From a bacterium (GTDB lineage Bacteria > RBG-13-61-14 > DATKZS01), in contig CAXXFL010000006.1 in the NCBI GenBank assembly GCA_963674965.2, positions 416,001 to 480,000 on the forward strand: a DNA stretch of 64,000 nt. The letters are read 5' to 3'. Position numbers and translations under genes: made by a program. Position 1 is the stretch's first letter, and each line of letters starts with the position of its first letter. Positions 62,184 to 64,000 of the stretch are shown in pieces. The notes beneath the pieces were generated by a model. That model made no database searches. It worked only from the letters and a program-made list of their open reading frames with translations, and had not been told where the DNA came from.

Positions 62184-62827
62184 CGAGGTAGTCGACGGCG
62201 TCGGTGACGTCTCCGGCGATGGAGGTGAGGGCGCGGGTGGAGCCGAGGCCGTCGTAGTGGAAGAAGGAGACCGCCCCGGCTCGGGTCTGGCTGATGAGGT
62301 CGTCGCCGAAGGCGTAGGCGGCAAGCTCCGCGCCGGAGGCGTTTGTCTCGCGGGCCACCTGCGAGTATCCAGTGCGGTTGTTGTTGTCCACCAGGTAATT
62401 CACGCTCTCCCCCGGAGTCGTTTTCCTTATCCGCTCGCCCCTGTAATCGTAGGCGTACTCCGCCTCGAGGGCGCCGTCCTTCTCGGCCCTCGCCATCTTA
62501 TTATCACATGTCCACTCGTAAACCCAACTCCCCTCGGGGCCCGCCTTCCCCGCCATGTTGCCATTATCGTCCCAACTATAAGACGTAACCCCCGCCCCCG
62601 AGGATTCGGACAAAAGCCGGTCGTTGCCGTCATGGGCGTAAGTCGTCACCGCCCCGCCCGCGTTCATGGACTTCCTGTTCCCGAAGGCGTCGTAGTCGCT
62701 CTTGAAAAAGATGTCTCCACAATTTGCCATAAAAATTCTCACGTACAATTTAGTGACACTACTAAAAGTAAATTAAAATGACCTGCTCGCTATGCTCGCC
62801 CACATAGGCGAACAATGAATTACCTGT

Positions 62828-63355
62828 TTAGTCATAATTTATTATTGATGTTCTATAATATATTTTTTTATTTGAACGATTCCAGATATAAAATACTTTT
62901 CTTTTATTATTATTGTCATAGGCATAATGCCAGCATATTTGAATATTTGTATTGAATCGCCACGTGATAAGATTTGTGTGAGGCCATATTTCGTAGCTAC
63001 TATGATGTATCTTTCCGTGATCCTCATCCGCGTAAAAGAAGATATTATTTAAGCCAATAAATGACTTGCCATCGTATTCGTAATACCTTATATTTTTTTT
63101 ATATGTGGAGTACAGAGGATTATATCTGTACCATAATATAAGATTTTTATCAATCGTAGATATATTTTTATTAATTGATGTTTTCGCTTGAGTAATGCCG
63201 CATAAAATATCTATTGCGGTGTACAATGTAAATATAAATGTCAAAAACGCCGCGATATAGTATTTATATTTATAAATAGTCTTACCAATCCTCTCCAGTT
63301 TTATCAAGATATAGTCTATTCCAGTTATCAATTGATTTGAACTCTGTGTTTCCAT
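62828..63355 (-). CDS. Putative immunity/partner protein A (N-terminal TM)
   Basis: AT-rich, follows Rhs CT-A; TM; LWYRYNPLY; start uncertain. Confidence 0.7.
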   Translation of the reverse strand: METQSSNQLITGIDYILIKLERIGKTIYKYKYYIAAFLTFIFTLYTAIDILCGITQAKTSINKNISTIDKNLILWYRYNPLYSTYKKNIRYYEYDGKSFIGLNNIFFYADEDHGKIHHSSYEIWPHTNLITWRFNTNIQICWHYAYDNNNKRKVFYIWNRSNKKIYYRTSIINYD

Positions 63356-64000
63356 CTTTTTTATTTACCTCCAATGTTCCAATCTTATCTGGTTTCTCAT
63401 TATTCAGAAAATGAACTTTTTCATTGTCCGGCAGAGTGACTCCCCAGCCCTCAGTTAAAGAAAGGTCTTCAACAAGCGGCCCATAGCAGTATTTGTAACA
63501 TGTAGCAATACAAGCATCCTGTATGCTAATCTCATCGCCTAATTGACTGCCATAATTATCATGCATATCTCGAGTGTAATCCATGTACCTTTCTTTAATA
63601 TTGTATGCCGAGATATTCTCTCTATGATATCCGATTAAACAAAAACGTTCAGCAGTATATTCTGCTTCTATTTTGATAATATCTGGGTTTCGTAAGGCAA
63701 TTGCACTTGCACCACCAGTCGCTTTATAAAGAGGACGCGCTGTAATATTATATTTTCTGGTGTCCTGCCAAGATTTGGCACAAGGTAGGGCCAAAAGGAC
63801 TAATATGGTAAGAACTATTAATATAACTGCAAGTTTAATAAGATTAAAATAGCCTGATAAATCTGTAAATAAAATAGGATTATTGTTTACATATGAATAT
63901 TTATGAAGAGAGGAAGACATGTAATACACGCCATAAAAAGGATCGAGAGAAGCGAACATCCCGTTCACCGGATCATACAACCTCGCCCTCAGATAGTAAT
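63282..64000 (-). CDS. Rhs protein 3' end (core end + pilin-like C-terminal domain A); 5' part outside window
   Basis: YYLRARLYDP...LDP...KYSYVNNNPILFTDLSG then hydrophobic helix and Cys-rich domain. Confidence 0.88.
   Translation of the reverse strand, partial: YYLRARLYDPVNGMFASLDPFYGVYYMSSSLHKYSYVNNNPILFTDLSGYFNLIKLAVILIVLTILVLLALPCAKSWQDTRKYNITARPLYKATGGASAIALRNPDIIKIEAEYTAERFCLIGYHRENISAYNIKERYMDYTRDMHDNYGSQLGDEISIQDACIATCYKYCYGPLVEDLSLTEGWGVTLPDNEKVHFLNNEKPDKIGTLEVNKKDGNTEFKSIDNWNRLYLDKTGEDW

Larger units (their letters stand above)
59783..62748 (-). pseudogene. Orphan Rhs core + pilin-like C-terminal domain B, interrupted by IS3
   Basis: Removing the IS and one CGAG restores an in-frame 448-codon ORF ...TDAVDYLAFGQ...YYYLRARLYDP...NPIILTDFSGF-FTLMELL... 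Confidence 0.85.

Noticed and set aside
14597-62187. IS481 and IS3 both have CGAG target duplications
   Set aside because: CGAG is very frequent in this sequence and the families differ; coincidence is likely.

Overview
GC-rich bacterial chromosomal window, most consistent with a deltaproteobacterial lineage (inferred from gene content: zapB-zapA-6S-5FCL-rny-ymdB synteny, sigma54 TauE cluster, pilVWX-pilY1). About 1-56 kb is mostly housekeeping, metabolic and signalling genes. These include two Ser/Thr kinases, a relE-type TA pair, pdaD/speB separated by an IS481 inserted in a REP-like palindrome, a K+ channel locus, a sigma54 two-component/TauE cluster, glycoside hydrolases, an MCP, a minor-pilin/PilY1 operon, glgX and comF. 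The last ~7.5 kb is a minus-strand Rhs cassette array hit by IS3 and IS66. The standout observation is that both surviving Rhs C-terminal domains begin with a type IV pilin N-terminal helix (FTLMELLIAVVIIII...; FNLIKLAVILIVLTILVLLALP, with Pro22). The helix starts exactly at the predicted Rhs autocleavage point (DxxG-x|). Each domain is followed by a homologous membrane-anchored partner gene (WxxYNPLY). This suggests an Rhs-packaged, pilin-like polymorphic effector/partner system. All calls are by motif recognition; no database searches were run.
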